This document shows, one piece after another, positions 24,953 to 32,000 of a stretch of 32,000 bases of DNA. Position 1 is the stretch's first letter, and every line of letters starts with the position of its first letter. The notes beneath the pieces were generated by a model, which did not search any database, was not told the origin of the DNA, and saw only the letters and a list, made by a program, of their open reading frames with translations. Origin of the DNA: Zestosphaera tikiterensis (lineage in GTDB: Archaea; Thermoproteota; Thermoprotei_A; Sulfolobales; NBVN01); NCBI GenBank assembly GCA_003056265.1, contig NBVN01000001.1, positions 150,001-182,000 of the forward strand, given 5' to 3'. The position numbers were made by a program, and so were the translations under genes.

Positions 24953-26581
24953 TTAAATATGTAGGAAAGCCCTTAACGTGTAGATAACGAAGGACACTAT
25001 AGCGGAACCACCTACAGCGCCTGCCCCGCCAACATAGAATATATCTTTTAACCTCTCCGGACCGTAGACCTTCAGTAATACAAGCCTAGCTATAACGGTA
25101 ACTATGACAGCTATACCTGCTGCTGGGTTTAATATCATTAAACCAGTAGCTAAAAGGATTCCTATCTGCCTTTCAGGACCTCCAACAATCTGCAGTATGA
25201 AGCCTACGGGCGCCCACGTAAGTAACCACCTAGCTAACTCAGGGTCGGCGGCTGCTTTAGCTGTAGCGGCTAAAGTTTTGGATGCTGGTGGGAAAAGCTT
25301 TAAAACGTCAAAATACGCTGTGTAGAATATTAAAACCATCGTAACGGATATCGCGAAAGCTAGTATTTTAGCCCAGAATTGCCACCACCTACCGACCTTC
25401 TCGAACTCCGGGTCTCTACCCTCACCCCTTAATATCCACCCGGTCTTTAAATCGTAGCTGAGGTCAGCCATTCCAGGACCTGTAGCTGCTACGTAAGCAA
25501 CGCCTACCCCGTGAGCGATGGGTGGGAACCCAAGCAATAAACCTATAGCTAGTGAAGCAAGTGCTGTAGCGAAAGCGGGGAACCAACCGGCGTACATGCC
25601 GGAGAGACCACATATTAAAGTTGTGAACCACGCCCAGAAACCGTAGTAGAGAGCCCACGCGAAGATCTGCACTGTGTTCATACCTGAATAACTTCCAACA
25701 AAGTATGCTAGTGGAAACGCGCCTAAAGTCCAGAGCACGTAAGTTATTAGCAACCTTCTTACAGCCGTATCAGCACTAATTAAAGTAGGTGGTATGGTAA
25801 CGTTTGGGGACTGTGATGCGGGGGTAGCCGATTTCCTTCTAACCTTCACCCACAGCATTAAGAACTGTATAAGTGCGGCTACTCCAGCACCGACCATTAT
25901 GCCTTGAGGAGCGTATAGTTTGTAAAAGTCTATACCTAAATATGTCGGGCCGTAAGCCCTGAGGAGAAGACCTATACCGAAAGCTGTTATAGCGAAAATC
26001 TGCGTTATTAAAGTAATACCGACTACATCCCCAGGATAGCCTAGGTACGTAAGGGTACCGCCGAATATCATACCGTAAAGCAGTAAAAGAGCTCTCTTAC
26101 CTTTACCTATGGCTGCTTTAATAGCTTCAGCTGTTGAGACACCTATAGGCCACGGATTTCTAGCCGGATAGAAAGGTGAGTCGAAAATGCTGTAGGCTAG
26201 TATTAAATCTATTAGCCCGGCGTAAACTACACCTATTAAAACCGGTATAAGGAAATCCACTGTAGTACCTCCGAGGAGGTATGGAATAGCTATAGTTAAT
26301 AGAAGCACGTTACCTGCTTGGAAAGTAGCTCCTGAAATTACCGTCTGCATTAAGTTAACTGAGTGTACGTTTCTAAAGGCCTTAGCGAAAGGTAGGTAGG
26401 ATACTGCTATAGCTATTAAAGCACCGATTATGGAAGTATTGGGGTTAACACCCACACGAACGATAAGTTCAAGCCCAATAATAGCTCCGAAAACACCTAA
26501 AAGAAGCCCTAAAACCAGTATTGGCGGTGAGTAAACTTTAGGATGCGCTTCCTTAGAGGTGGAGGTGCTCACTATATACAC
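24953..26581 (-). CDS. OPT-family oligopeptide/metal-chelate transporter
   Basis: 542-aa protein with roughly 14-16 TM helices and the OPT-typical DLSYDLKTGWILRG block (QDLKTG..LG). GTG start with a TATA-like CTTATATACTTATATTAAGC immediately upstream. Confidence 0.8.
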   Translation of the reverse strand: MYIVSTSTSKEAHPKVYSPPILVLGLLLGVFGAIIGLELIVRVGVNPNTSIIGALIAIAVSYLPFAKAFRNVHSVNLMQTVISGATFQAGNVLLLTIAIPYLLGGTTVDFLIPVLIGVVYAGLIDLILAYSIFDSPFYPARNPWPIGVSTAEAIKAAIGKGKRALLLLYGMIFGGTLTYLGYPGDVVGITLITQIFAITAFGIGLLLRAYGPTYLGIDFYKLYAPQGIMVGAGVAALIQFLMLWVKVRRKSATPASQSPNVTIPPTLISADTAVRRLLITYVLWTLGAFPLAYFVGSYSGMNTVQIFAWALYYGFWAWFTTLICGLSGMYAGWFPAFATALASLAIGLLLGFPPIAHGVGVAYVAATGPGMADLSYDLKTGWILRGEGRDPEFEKVGRWWQFWAKILAFAISVTMVLIFYTAYFDVLKLFPPASKTLAATAKAAADPELARWLLTWAPVGFILQIVGGPERQIGILLATGLMILNPAAGIAVIVTVIARLVLLKVYGPERLKDIFYVGGAGAVGGSAIVSFVIYTLRAFLHI

Positions 26582-26626
26582 CTCATTATTAAACGCTTAA
26601 TATAAGTATATAAGCATATATGTTTT

Positions 26627-26648
26627 AAGGATTTTATTAAAAATCCTT
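26627..26648. promoter_or_regulatory. Perfect 9-bp inverted repeat AAGGATTTT-ATTA-AAAATCCTT in the OPT/M20 divergent intergenic region (candidate operator)
   Basis: Read directly from the sequence. It lies 46-67 nt upstream of the OPT start codon, distal to the TATA-like element. Confidence 0.3.
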
Positions 26649-26999
26649 TGAAGCATTCGTAAATGGTTGACGATATAATATTCTAGTTTACATATGTAAT
26701 AGTTAACGACGTTATTAATACTATTTAAACAGATTTTGAGTTGTTAATAAAGTTTACGTTTCCGCAACAACTCCTCTCTATGTCCCTTTTTAAACGTCGT
26801 CGGTTTGCTGCATTATTTTAAACATATCCCTAACGCGTTACGAAGGATCTGGCTTTCCTTAACGTTTTTCTATATATATGAAGTGTTACACACTACATAA
26901 TTTAAAGCCAGACTGTTTTACATACTTAGTCTTTAGAAGAGGAGGTTTTCACTCATAAACTATGTCGTTAATATTTTACTCTCTTCCCCTATAGTAGTA

Positions 27000-28343
27000 T
27001 TGGTGAATGCCTTGGTTGGAGCTTTCAGAAATGAGGTTCTGGAGTTGCTTAAGCAGCTTGTGTCTTACCCTACGGTGAATGACCCTTCTAAAAATTTAAA
27101 ACCTTCTAAAGATATAGTTGAGTTTATGGTTGATTGGTTTAAGGGGTATGGAATTGACGTTAACGTTCTTGAGTCTAACGGTTACTACAGTGTTTATGGC
27201 TTGTTGGGTAGTAAGCCTTGCGTGATGCTTTTAGCTCATTTCGACGTAGTTCCTGTGGCGTTAGAGAGATGGCACTACGACCCCTTTAACTTAACGGTAG
27301 TTGACGATAAAGCTTATGGTAGGGGTGCGTTAGACGATAAATCTAACGTAGCAGCTATCATGATAGCTGTTCGTGAGTTAAGTAAGGAGAGTTTAGACTG
27401 CGGTGTTGCCTTCGCGTTTACAGGTGATGAAGAGATAGGCGGCGCTAACGGAGCGGGGGTGATGGCGAAGAAGCTTGAGTCTGAAGGGCTCATACCTAAA
27501 TACTTAATAAACGGTGATGGAATGGGTATGAACGTCATAGTGAGGAGGAGGAAGGCGTTTAACGTCACTATATCTGTACCTGCCTTAAAATCTAGGGTTA
27601 GGGGCTTCGTTAAAAAAGTGAAGTTCACCGCCTACTACCCAACATCGCAACACGCACATGCCGCATACTTCATACCCGGCGTTGATTCCCACCCCTTACT
27701 AACGGCTTCAGTGTTTGTTAGGGAGGGCTCGCACTACGTTAGGCAGGTTAGGGGTACGTTCTTAAAATCTAACGTAATCCCCTCTGAGGTGGAGCTTGAG
27801 TACGTCACTCCAGACCCTCAAGGTGAGGATGTGGAGGTGGATTTAAACCTTACAGAACTTCTTAAATCCTTAATGAGTGTTTCCAGAACTCCCCTTGCCG
27901 TAAGGGGTTACAGCGACTTTGGAGTTACCGCAACACCCAACATGTACTCGTTAAGCGGTAATAATCATGTGGTAACCTTCGACGTTAGGGCTATGGCTTA
28001 TGTTGAAGACGTCGAGAAAGCTTTCAATGATGTGGTGATGAATACGTTACGTAACGCTGAAGTTAAGGTAAGAAGCGATCCAGGCGGATATATGAACACA
28101 CCACTCACATCTAAGTTAGTCACTACGTTCTTAGATGTCTTGAGAGAGGCTGGGTTTGATGGAAGGGTTGGTGAAGGTGCTGGAGCTAGCGACTCAAGGT
28201 ACTTCACCCTCTTAGGAGTTGAGTCCATTGACTTCGGTCCCAGAGGGGGAGGTATGCACGGCGATGACGAATTCGTCGATATCCCCAGCTTAACCGTCTT
28301 GCCGGAGTTGTACGTTAAAGCGGTTAAGAAGTTAGTTAAGTAA
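27000..28343 (+). CDS. M20-family metallohydrolase (ArgE/DapE/CPG2-like)
   Basis: LLAHFDVVP, YGRGALDDK and FTGDEEIGG metal-ligand blocks, plus a C-terminal GGGMHGDDEF. TTG/GTG start at 27000/27003 with a TATA-like GTTAATATTTTA about 25 nt upstream. Confidence 0.85.
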   Translation: MVNALVGAFRNEVLELLKQLVSYPTVNDPSKNLKPSKDIVEFMVDWFKGYGIDVNVLESNGYYSVYGLLGSKPCVMLLAHFDVVPVALERWHYDPFNLTVVDDKAYGRGALDDKSNVAAIMIAVRELSKESLDCGVAFAFTGDEEIGGANGAGVMAKKLESEGLIPKYLINGDGMGMNVIVRRRKAFNVTISVPALKSRVRGFVKKVKFTAYYPTSQHAHAAYFIPGVDSHPLLTASVFVREGSHYVRQVRGTFLKSNVIPSEVELEYVTPDPQGEDVEVDLNLTELLKSLMSVSRTPLAVRGYSDFGVTATPNMYSLSGNNHVVTFDVRAMAYVEDVEKAFNDVVMNTLRNAEVKVRSDPGGYMNTPLTSKLVTTFLDVLREAGFDGRVGEGAGASDSRYFTLLGVESIDFGPRGGGMHGDDEFVDIPSLTVLPELYVKAVKKLVK

Positions 28344-28394
28344 GTATGTTTAAGTAGTTTTCTTTTCAGCTTTTAAACACTCCATCACACATAT

Positions 28395-29201
28395 TTAAAA
28401 AGCAGCTACGCTCTTAACCCCTTCCTTAAGCATTTTCCTCAGCTGATACTTCATGAAAGCCGTTGAGAACGCTAGAAACGCCGTCGAGTAGAGAATGCCT
28501 ATCAAAGCGGTTAAGTTAGGGTCGAGTATAGGGTTTGAAACCCCTAAGGAATATCTAATCAACTCTGCTGGGTAACTGAAGGGAGTCGCTAAAGCTATGT
28601 TTTGAACTACCGTAGGCAAGGATTTCAGCGGTGTTAACCCGCCAGTCGCTACCGGTAAGATCCAGCTAATAAACTCAACCACGGGCCCAGCGCTACCAGC
28701 ACCTATTATCGTCCCACCCAATAACATCGCATAAGCTAGAAGCACGAAAAGCAGTGAAGCAACACCGGCTAAAAACAGTAATGGGTTAACTAAGGCTATC
28801 GTTGGGGGTGCTACGAACGTCGACACTACGCCGTAAGCTATTAAAAGAGCTACTGAATACCAAGCTATAGACACTGGAACCATGCCTAAGTAATGCGTGA
28901 ATATCGAACTACCTGACGCTATCACATACTCCAGAACACCTAGTTGCAGTAACCACCTAAGCAACCACGCCCAATCCCAAGTTGCTGTTGAGTAAGCTAG
29001 AAACACTGAAATACCTATTAACACTCCAGCAGATAACGTACCTGCTTGAGCCTGCGATTCGGCGAAGAACGTAACCGGCGTTATGAACATGGAGAGCCAT
29101 ATAGCTAAAGACATCAAACCGAAGGCCAACCCCTTACTCCTAATGAGCTCGGCGGTTAGATATGCCTTAAGAACGGCTTTAGAAGCTCTTAAAAACTTCA
29201 A
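28395..29201 (-). CDS. ABC-2 type transporter permease (second subunit)
   Basis: 268-aa protein with 6 TM helices. TTG start in a TTGA overlap with the upstream permease stop, with AAGGAGGGTG upstream. Confidence 0.65.
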   Translation of the reverse strand: MKFLRASKAVLKAYLTAELIRSKGLAFGLMSLAIWLSMFITPVTFFAESQAQAGTLSAGVLIGISVFLAYSTATWDWAWLLRWLLQLGVLEYVIASGSSIFTHYLGMVPVSIAWYSVALLIAYGVVSTFVAPPTIALVNPLLFLAGVASLLFVLLAYAMLLGGTIIGAGSAGPVVEFISWILPVATGGLTPLKSLPTVVQNIALATPFSYPAELIRYSLGVSNPILDPNLTALIGILYSTAFLAFSTAFMKYQLRKMLKEGVKSVAAF

Positions 29202-30013
29202 ACCTTAACACCCTCCTTAAGTTTGCTCCTCTCCCAACGCAAGACACTAAGCTTAGTTAGCGGTAAGTAAGCTACGGCTAAGGCCGTAGCAACGCCTAAA
29301 AGCATTAAGGACCTCTCGACCGTAGCTATACCGGCTAACAACCTTTGAATTAACTCAACGCTGTTTGACGGAGGTATAAGCGCCGTAACTACATACATAG
29401 CTATCGGCATAACCCACCTAGGGTAGTAAACACCTACTAAAACCATGAGTAAGGGACGTAACACGTTCATAAGTCTCCACGACTCCCCACTATATGTGTA
29501 TGTAGCCATAGCTACTGAAGTCGCTAACGGCGAGAAAGTTAAGGCGCTGAAGATACCTAATAAAAGAACTAAAGCGCTAGTTATGAAGCCTTCAAATCCC
29601 CAGTAGAGAGTTAATACAGGAACCACGCTGGTCAACCCTATAACTACCGAAAGGGTTAGACGAGGTAGGGGTATAGCTATGTAGTACATAAGCCTGTTTA
29701 CAGGGCTGGACACTATATACGGCATCGTCCCAACCTCCTCGTCGAATATGGGCTTCCACATAATGTCATCTAAAACTACGAAAGTAGACATAAGTATGAA
29801 GCTACTCACTATGAAGAACGGTGCTGGATCTACACCCACTCGTGAAGCGAAGGCTTGGGGGTTCCCCACAGCGCTACCTACGATTAATACGAAGCCCGTT
29901 ATCATGTAAGGCCATAAAACAAGCATTAAGAGTAAGCTCTTCCTCCTAAACACGTCAGCATAGACGAAACGCATTTCAACGCTGACGAGTTGTTTAAAGT
30001 CCGTCTTACCCAC
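29198..30013 (-). CDS. ABC-2 type transporter permease (first subunit)
   Basis: Polytopic membrane protein downstream of a DrrA-like ATPase. I prefer GTG 30013, which has a perfect AGGTGA 5 nt upstream (30019-30024) and forms a GTGGGTAA overlap with the ATPase stop. ATG 29974 and ORF-track 30064 are alternatives. Confidence 0.65.
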   Translation of the reverse strand: MGKTDFKQLVSVEMRFVYADVFRRKSLLLMLVLWPYMITGFVLIVGSAVGNPQAFASRVGVDPAPFFIVSSFILMSTFVVLDDIMWKPIFDEEVGTMPYIVSSPVNRLMYYIAIPLPRLTLSVVIGLTSVVPVLTLYWGFEGFITSALVLLLGIFSALTFSPLATSVAMATYTYSGESWRLMNVLRPLLMVLVGVYYPRWVMPIAMYVVTALIPPSNSVELIQRLLAGIATVERSLMLLGVATALAVAYLPLTKLSVLRWERSKLKEGVKV

Positions 30014-31001
30014 TTGAATCACCTGCGAAGTATATGAAGACGTCTTCCAGCGTTGGTTCCTCAAGCTTGAACTTCACTATGTCTAAACCTGCTGAAGTTA
30101 TCACTTTAACTACGTCGTCAACTACCTCTTCAGGGTTTTTCGTCAATATCTTAAGCACGTAAGTCTCTTCGGAGCTTTGACTATATTGAGAAACCTCTAG
30201 TCCCATCTCCTTAAACGTGTTGATTATGTGGTTAGGTGCTTCACGAAGATGCACTTCTAAAGCTCTAACTTTAGGTATCCTACTCTTAAGCTCTTCAGGA
30301 CTTCCTTCAGCAACAATCCTGCCTTTATTAATCATAACTATCCTATCGCATACTATCTCAACCTCAAACATGTTATGCGACGTATATAGAACTGCCTTCC
30401 CCTCTCTAGCTAATTCCTTAACTAAAAGCCTTATCTTCCTAGCTGAAGGTGGGTCAAGCCCTAAAGTTGGTTCGTCAAGAAACACTACAGGAGGGTCTTT
30501 AAGAAGCGCTCTAGCTAAAGATAACCTAGCCTTCATACCTAAGCTAAACTCTTCGAAAAGCCTGTCGCTACCGCCTAGCTTATCCAACTCAAGAAGGTTT
30601 AAGAGCTTATCAATCCTATCCTTAAGGATTTTAGGCGGTATGCCGTATAGAGCACCGAAATATTCGAGGTTCTCCCTACCAGTAAGTCTGTTGTAGAATC
30701 CCTTCTCAACAGTTAACATTATTCCTATCCTCTCACGAACTTTATCCGCCTCACGAACTACGTCGAAACCTTCAACGTAGGCTTCACCGCTGTCCGGTAG
30801 CAGTAAAGTCGACAATATCTTAATGGTTGTTGTTTTACCGGCGCCGTTAGGTCCTAATAAACCAACTACCTCACCATGCCTAACGTTAAGTGAGACACCT
30901 CTTAAAGCTTCGACATATTCAGTAACGCTACGTATTAAACCAAGCCTCTTCTTAGTCACGTATTTCTTAAATAAATTCCTAGCTTCAACAGCTATACTCA
31001 C
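30006..31001 (-). CDS. ABC transporter ATP-binding protein, ABC-2/DrrA-like exporter type
   Basis: Walker A GPNGAGKTT, Q-loop, signature FSLGMKARLSLARAL, Walker B VVFLDEPTLGLD and H-loop TSHNM, plus a C-terminal regulatory-type extension. GTG start with a TATA-like AACTATATAATTC upstream. Confidence 0.9.
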   Translation of the reverse strand: MSIAVEARNLFKKYVTKKRLGLIRSVTEYVEALRGVSLNVRHGEVVGLLGPNGAGKTTTIKILSTLLLPDSGEAYVEGFDVVREADKVRERIGIMLTVEKGFYNRLTGRENLEYFGALYGIPPKILKDRIDKLLNLLELDKLGGSDRLFEEFSLGMKARLSLARALLKDPPVVFLDEPTLGLDPPSARKIRLLVKELAREGKAVLYTSHNMFEVEIVCDRIVMINKGRIVAEGSPEELKSRIPKVRALEVHLREAPNHIINTFKEMGLEVSQYSQSSEETYVLKILTKNPEEVVDDVVKVITSAGLDIVKFKLEEPTLEDVFIYFAGDSSG

Positions 31002-31192
31002 ACATCAACACCTATTTGAGAATTATATAGTTACGTAAATATAACTTTCAACGCTTAGGTGATCAATTAAGGAACAATACTAACAACTTCTTAAATCGCT
31101 AAGTTCTTACGTTAGTTACGCTTATTCCTACGTTGTTCAGCGATCGGAAGATTTATAAGCTTTCCCTTATTTAGAGTGTTGGGTTTTCAGTT

Positions 31193-31765
31193 ATGATGCA
31201 TAAATTGAGTAGATGTAACGTTTGGTTAATGCTGTCTTTAGCGGCTATCGCCATACCTCTGCTTTTCATAGCTTTAGCTGCACTCCTCTCAGGGTGGTTT
31301 AACATATATAACAACGCTTTAAGCGACTTAGGCCATGCTGTAAGAAGTAACGTAGCTTTAATATTTAACCTTGGGTTAAGTCTCGGGGGTTTACTGCTAG
31401 TAATAACATCTATTGGATGTATCTTTAGAAGGTATAGAGTTCTCTCATACGTGGGTGTTTTAGTAGGTTATAGCCTAACCTTAGTCGCCGTTTTCGACGA
31501 GGTTTATGGACGGCTACATTTCATTGTTTCAGTAGCTTTCTTCCTATCCTTAGCTATTATGTTAATTACGTATATGGCGGTCTTTAAGAAAGTAACTCCT
31601 ATACCGTCGTTGGTGGTGAGTGTTCTAGCTTGGTATGCGCATTTAACGTACAGAATCCCTAGAGGTGCTGCGATACCTGAACTTATCTCTATATTCGCTA
31701 CAATGCCTTTCTATATTGACGTAGTTCTAAGGAGTTTAAAACCATGTGATGAACAACAGGGTTAG
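31193..31765 (+). CDS. Integral membrane protein, DUF998-like
   Basis: Six predicted TM helices and an ALSDLGH motif after TM1, reminiscent of DUF998. The TATA-like AGATTTATAAGC lies about 30-40 nt upstream. Confidence 0.4.
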   Translation: MMHKLSRCNVWLMLSLAAIAIPLLFIALAALLSGWFNIYNNALSDLGHAVRSNVALIFNLGLSLGGLLLVITSIGCIFRRYRVLSYVGVLVGYSLTLVAVFDEVYGRLHFIVSVAFFLSLAIMLITYMAVFKKVTPIPSLVVSVLAWYAHLTYRIPRGAAIPELISIFATMPFYIDVVLRSLKPCDEQQG

Positions 31766-31796
31766 AAGACCATTTAACTCAAGTTAAACGATCTAC

Positions 31797-31821
31797 TTGA
31801 AAAATCCCTTCAATTTTTCAA
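31797..31821. terminator. Symmetric hairpin TTGAAAAAT-CCCTTCA-ATTTTTCAA between convergent genes (bidirectional terminator candidate)
   Basis: Perfect 9-bp inverted repeat read directly. It yields a T5 run on either strand. It lies between the stop of the DUF998-like gene (31765) and the rubrerythrin stop (31823). Confidence 0.4.
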
Positions 31822-31822
31822 C

Positions 31823-32000
31823 TTAAAAACCTACGTACTTATTCTTAGGTGCTCCACAAACAGGGCATTTATCGGGTGCTTCCTTACCTACATGTGTATG
31901 CCCGCATATCGGACATATCCATACATTACCTTCTAACGGCATATCCTGACCTTTATCCACGTACTCCTTAGCTTTCTTATAGAGTTCGGCATGTATCTTC
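31823..32000 (-). CDS. Rubrerythrin (C-terminal part; N-terminus beyond the window)
   Basis: Hand translation of the minus strand gives ..KIHAELYKKAKEYVDKGQDMPLEGNVWICPICGHTHVGKEAPDKCPVCGAPKNKYVGF*. This is the end of the ferritin-like domain plus the C-x-x-C...C-x-x-C rubredoxin-like domain of rubrerythrin. Confidence 0.8.
   Translation of the reverse strand, partial: KIHAELYKKAKEYVDKGQDMPLEGNVWICPICGHTHVGKEAPDKCPVCGAPKNKYVGF

Noticed and set aside
26878-26958. Small ORFs in non-coding gaps: 26 aa at 26878-26958 (MKCYTLHNLKPDCFTYLVFRRGGFHS) and 31 aa at 5849-5944
   Set aside because: They have no SD or TATA at an appropriate distance and no recognisable peptide features. The second overlaps the 3' end of the ParB-fold gene on the opposite strand. 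They are indistinguishable from chance ORFs in AT-rich DNA.

Overview
Densely coding, moderately AT-rich archaeal chromosomal segment. It is most likely from a hyperthermophilic crenarchaeon (Thermoproteota). The pointers are archaea-specific cobamide enzymes (CobY, CbiZ, PgpA-like CobZ, UPF0284-type CobT), TATA-like boxes about 25-30 nt upstream of near-leaderless starts, GGTGA Shine-Dalgarno motifs inside operons, and sequon-rich surface proteins. I support 33 CDS. I found no rRNA, tRNA, CRISPR array, transposase, integrase or long repeat.

Gene blocks in order:
- (1) Partial molybdopterin-binding-domain gene, a stalked membrane-anchored S8 subtilase, an ArsB/NhaD-type permease and a short MscS-like channel.
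- (2) A complete cobinamide-salvage and nucleotide-loop-assembly module. cbiZ-cobZ fusion, cobY, cobD, cobS, cbiB and a ParB-fold gene lie on the minus strand. cobT, a DUF71 PP-loop ATPase and a glutaminase-less AsnB-like PP-loop enzyme lie divergently on the plus strand.
- (3) pyrF-pyrE, directly downstream of a BtuFCD-like (FecCD/Peripla_BP_2) importer.
- (4) galK-galT.
- (5) A cluster of poorly characterised families: AroM, nitroreductase, a 97-aa ORF, hydantoin/Asp-Glu racemase, DUF917, DUF1177, an OPT transporter and an M20 hydrolase.
- (6) An ABC-2 exporter with two permeases, a DUF998-like membrane protein and a partial rubrerythrin.

Most interesting hypotheses:
- The ParB/SerK-like gene ending the cobamide operon is the one unassigned gene, and the pathway has one missing step (L-threonine or L-serine kinase feeding CobD).
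- The translationally coupled pair of stand-alone PP-loop amidoligase-like enzymes after cobT may act in corrinoid salvage.
- The racemase/DUF917/DUF1177/AroM/OPT/M20 neighbourhood looks like a non-canonical hydantoin-like or cyclic-amide utilisation system.
- The subtilase signal peptide lies upstream of any canonical start codon.

All family calls come from motif recognition by eye, not database searches.
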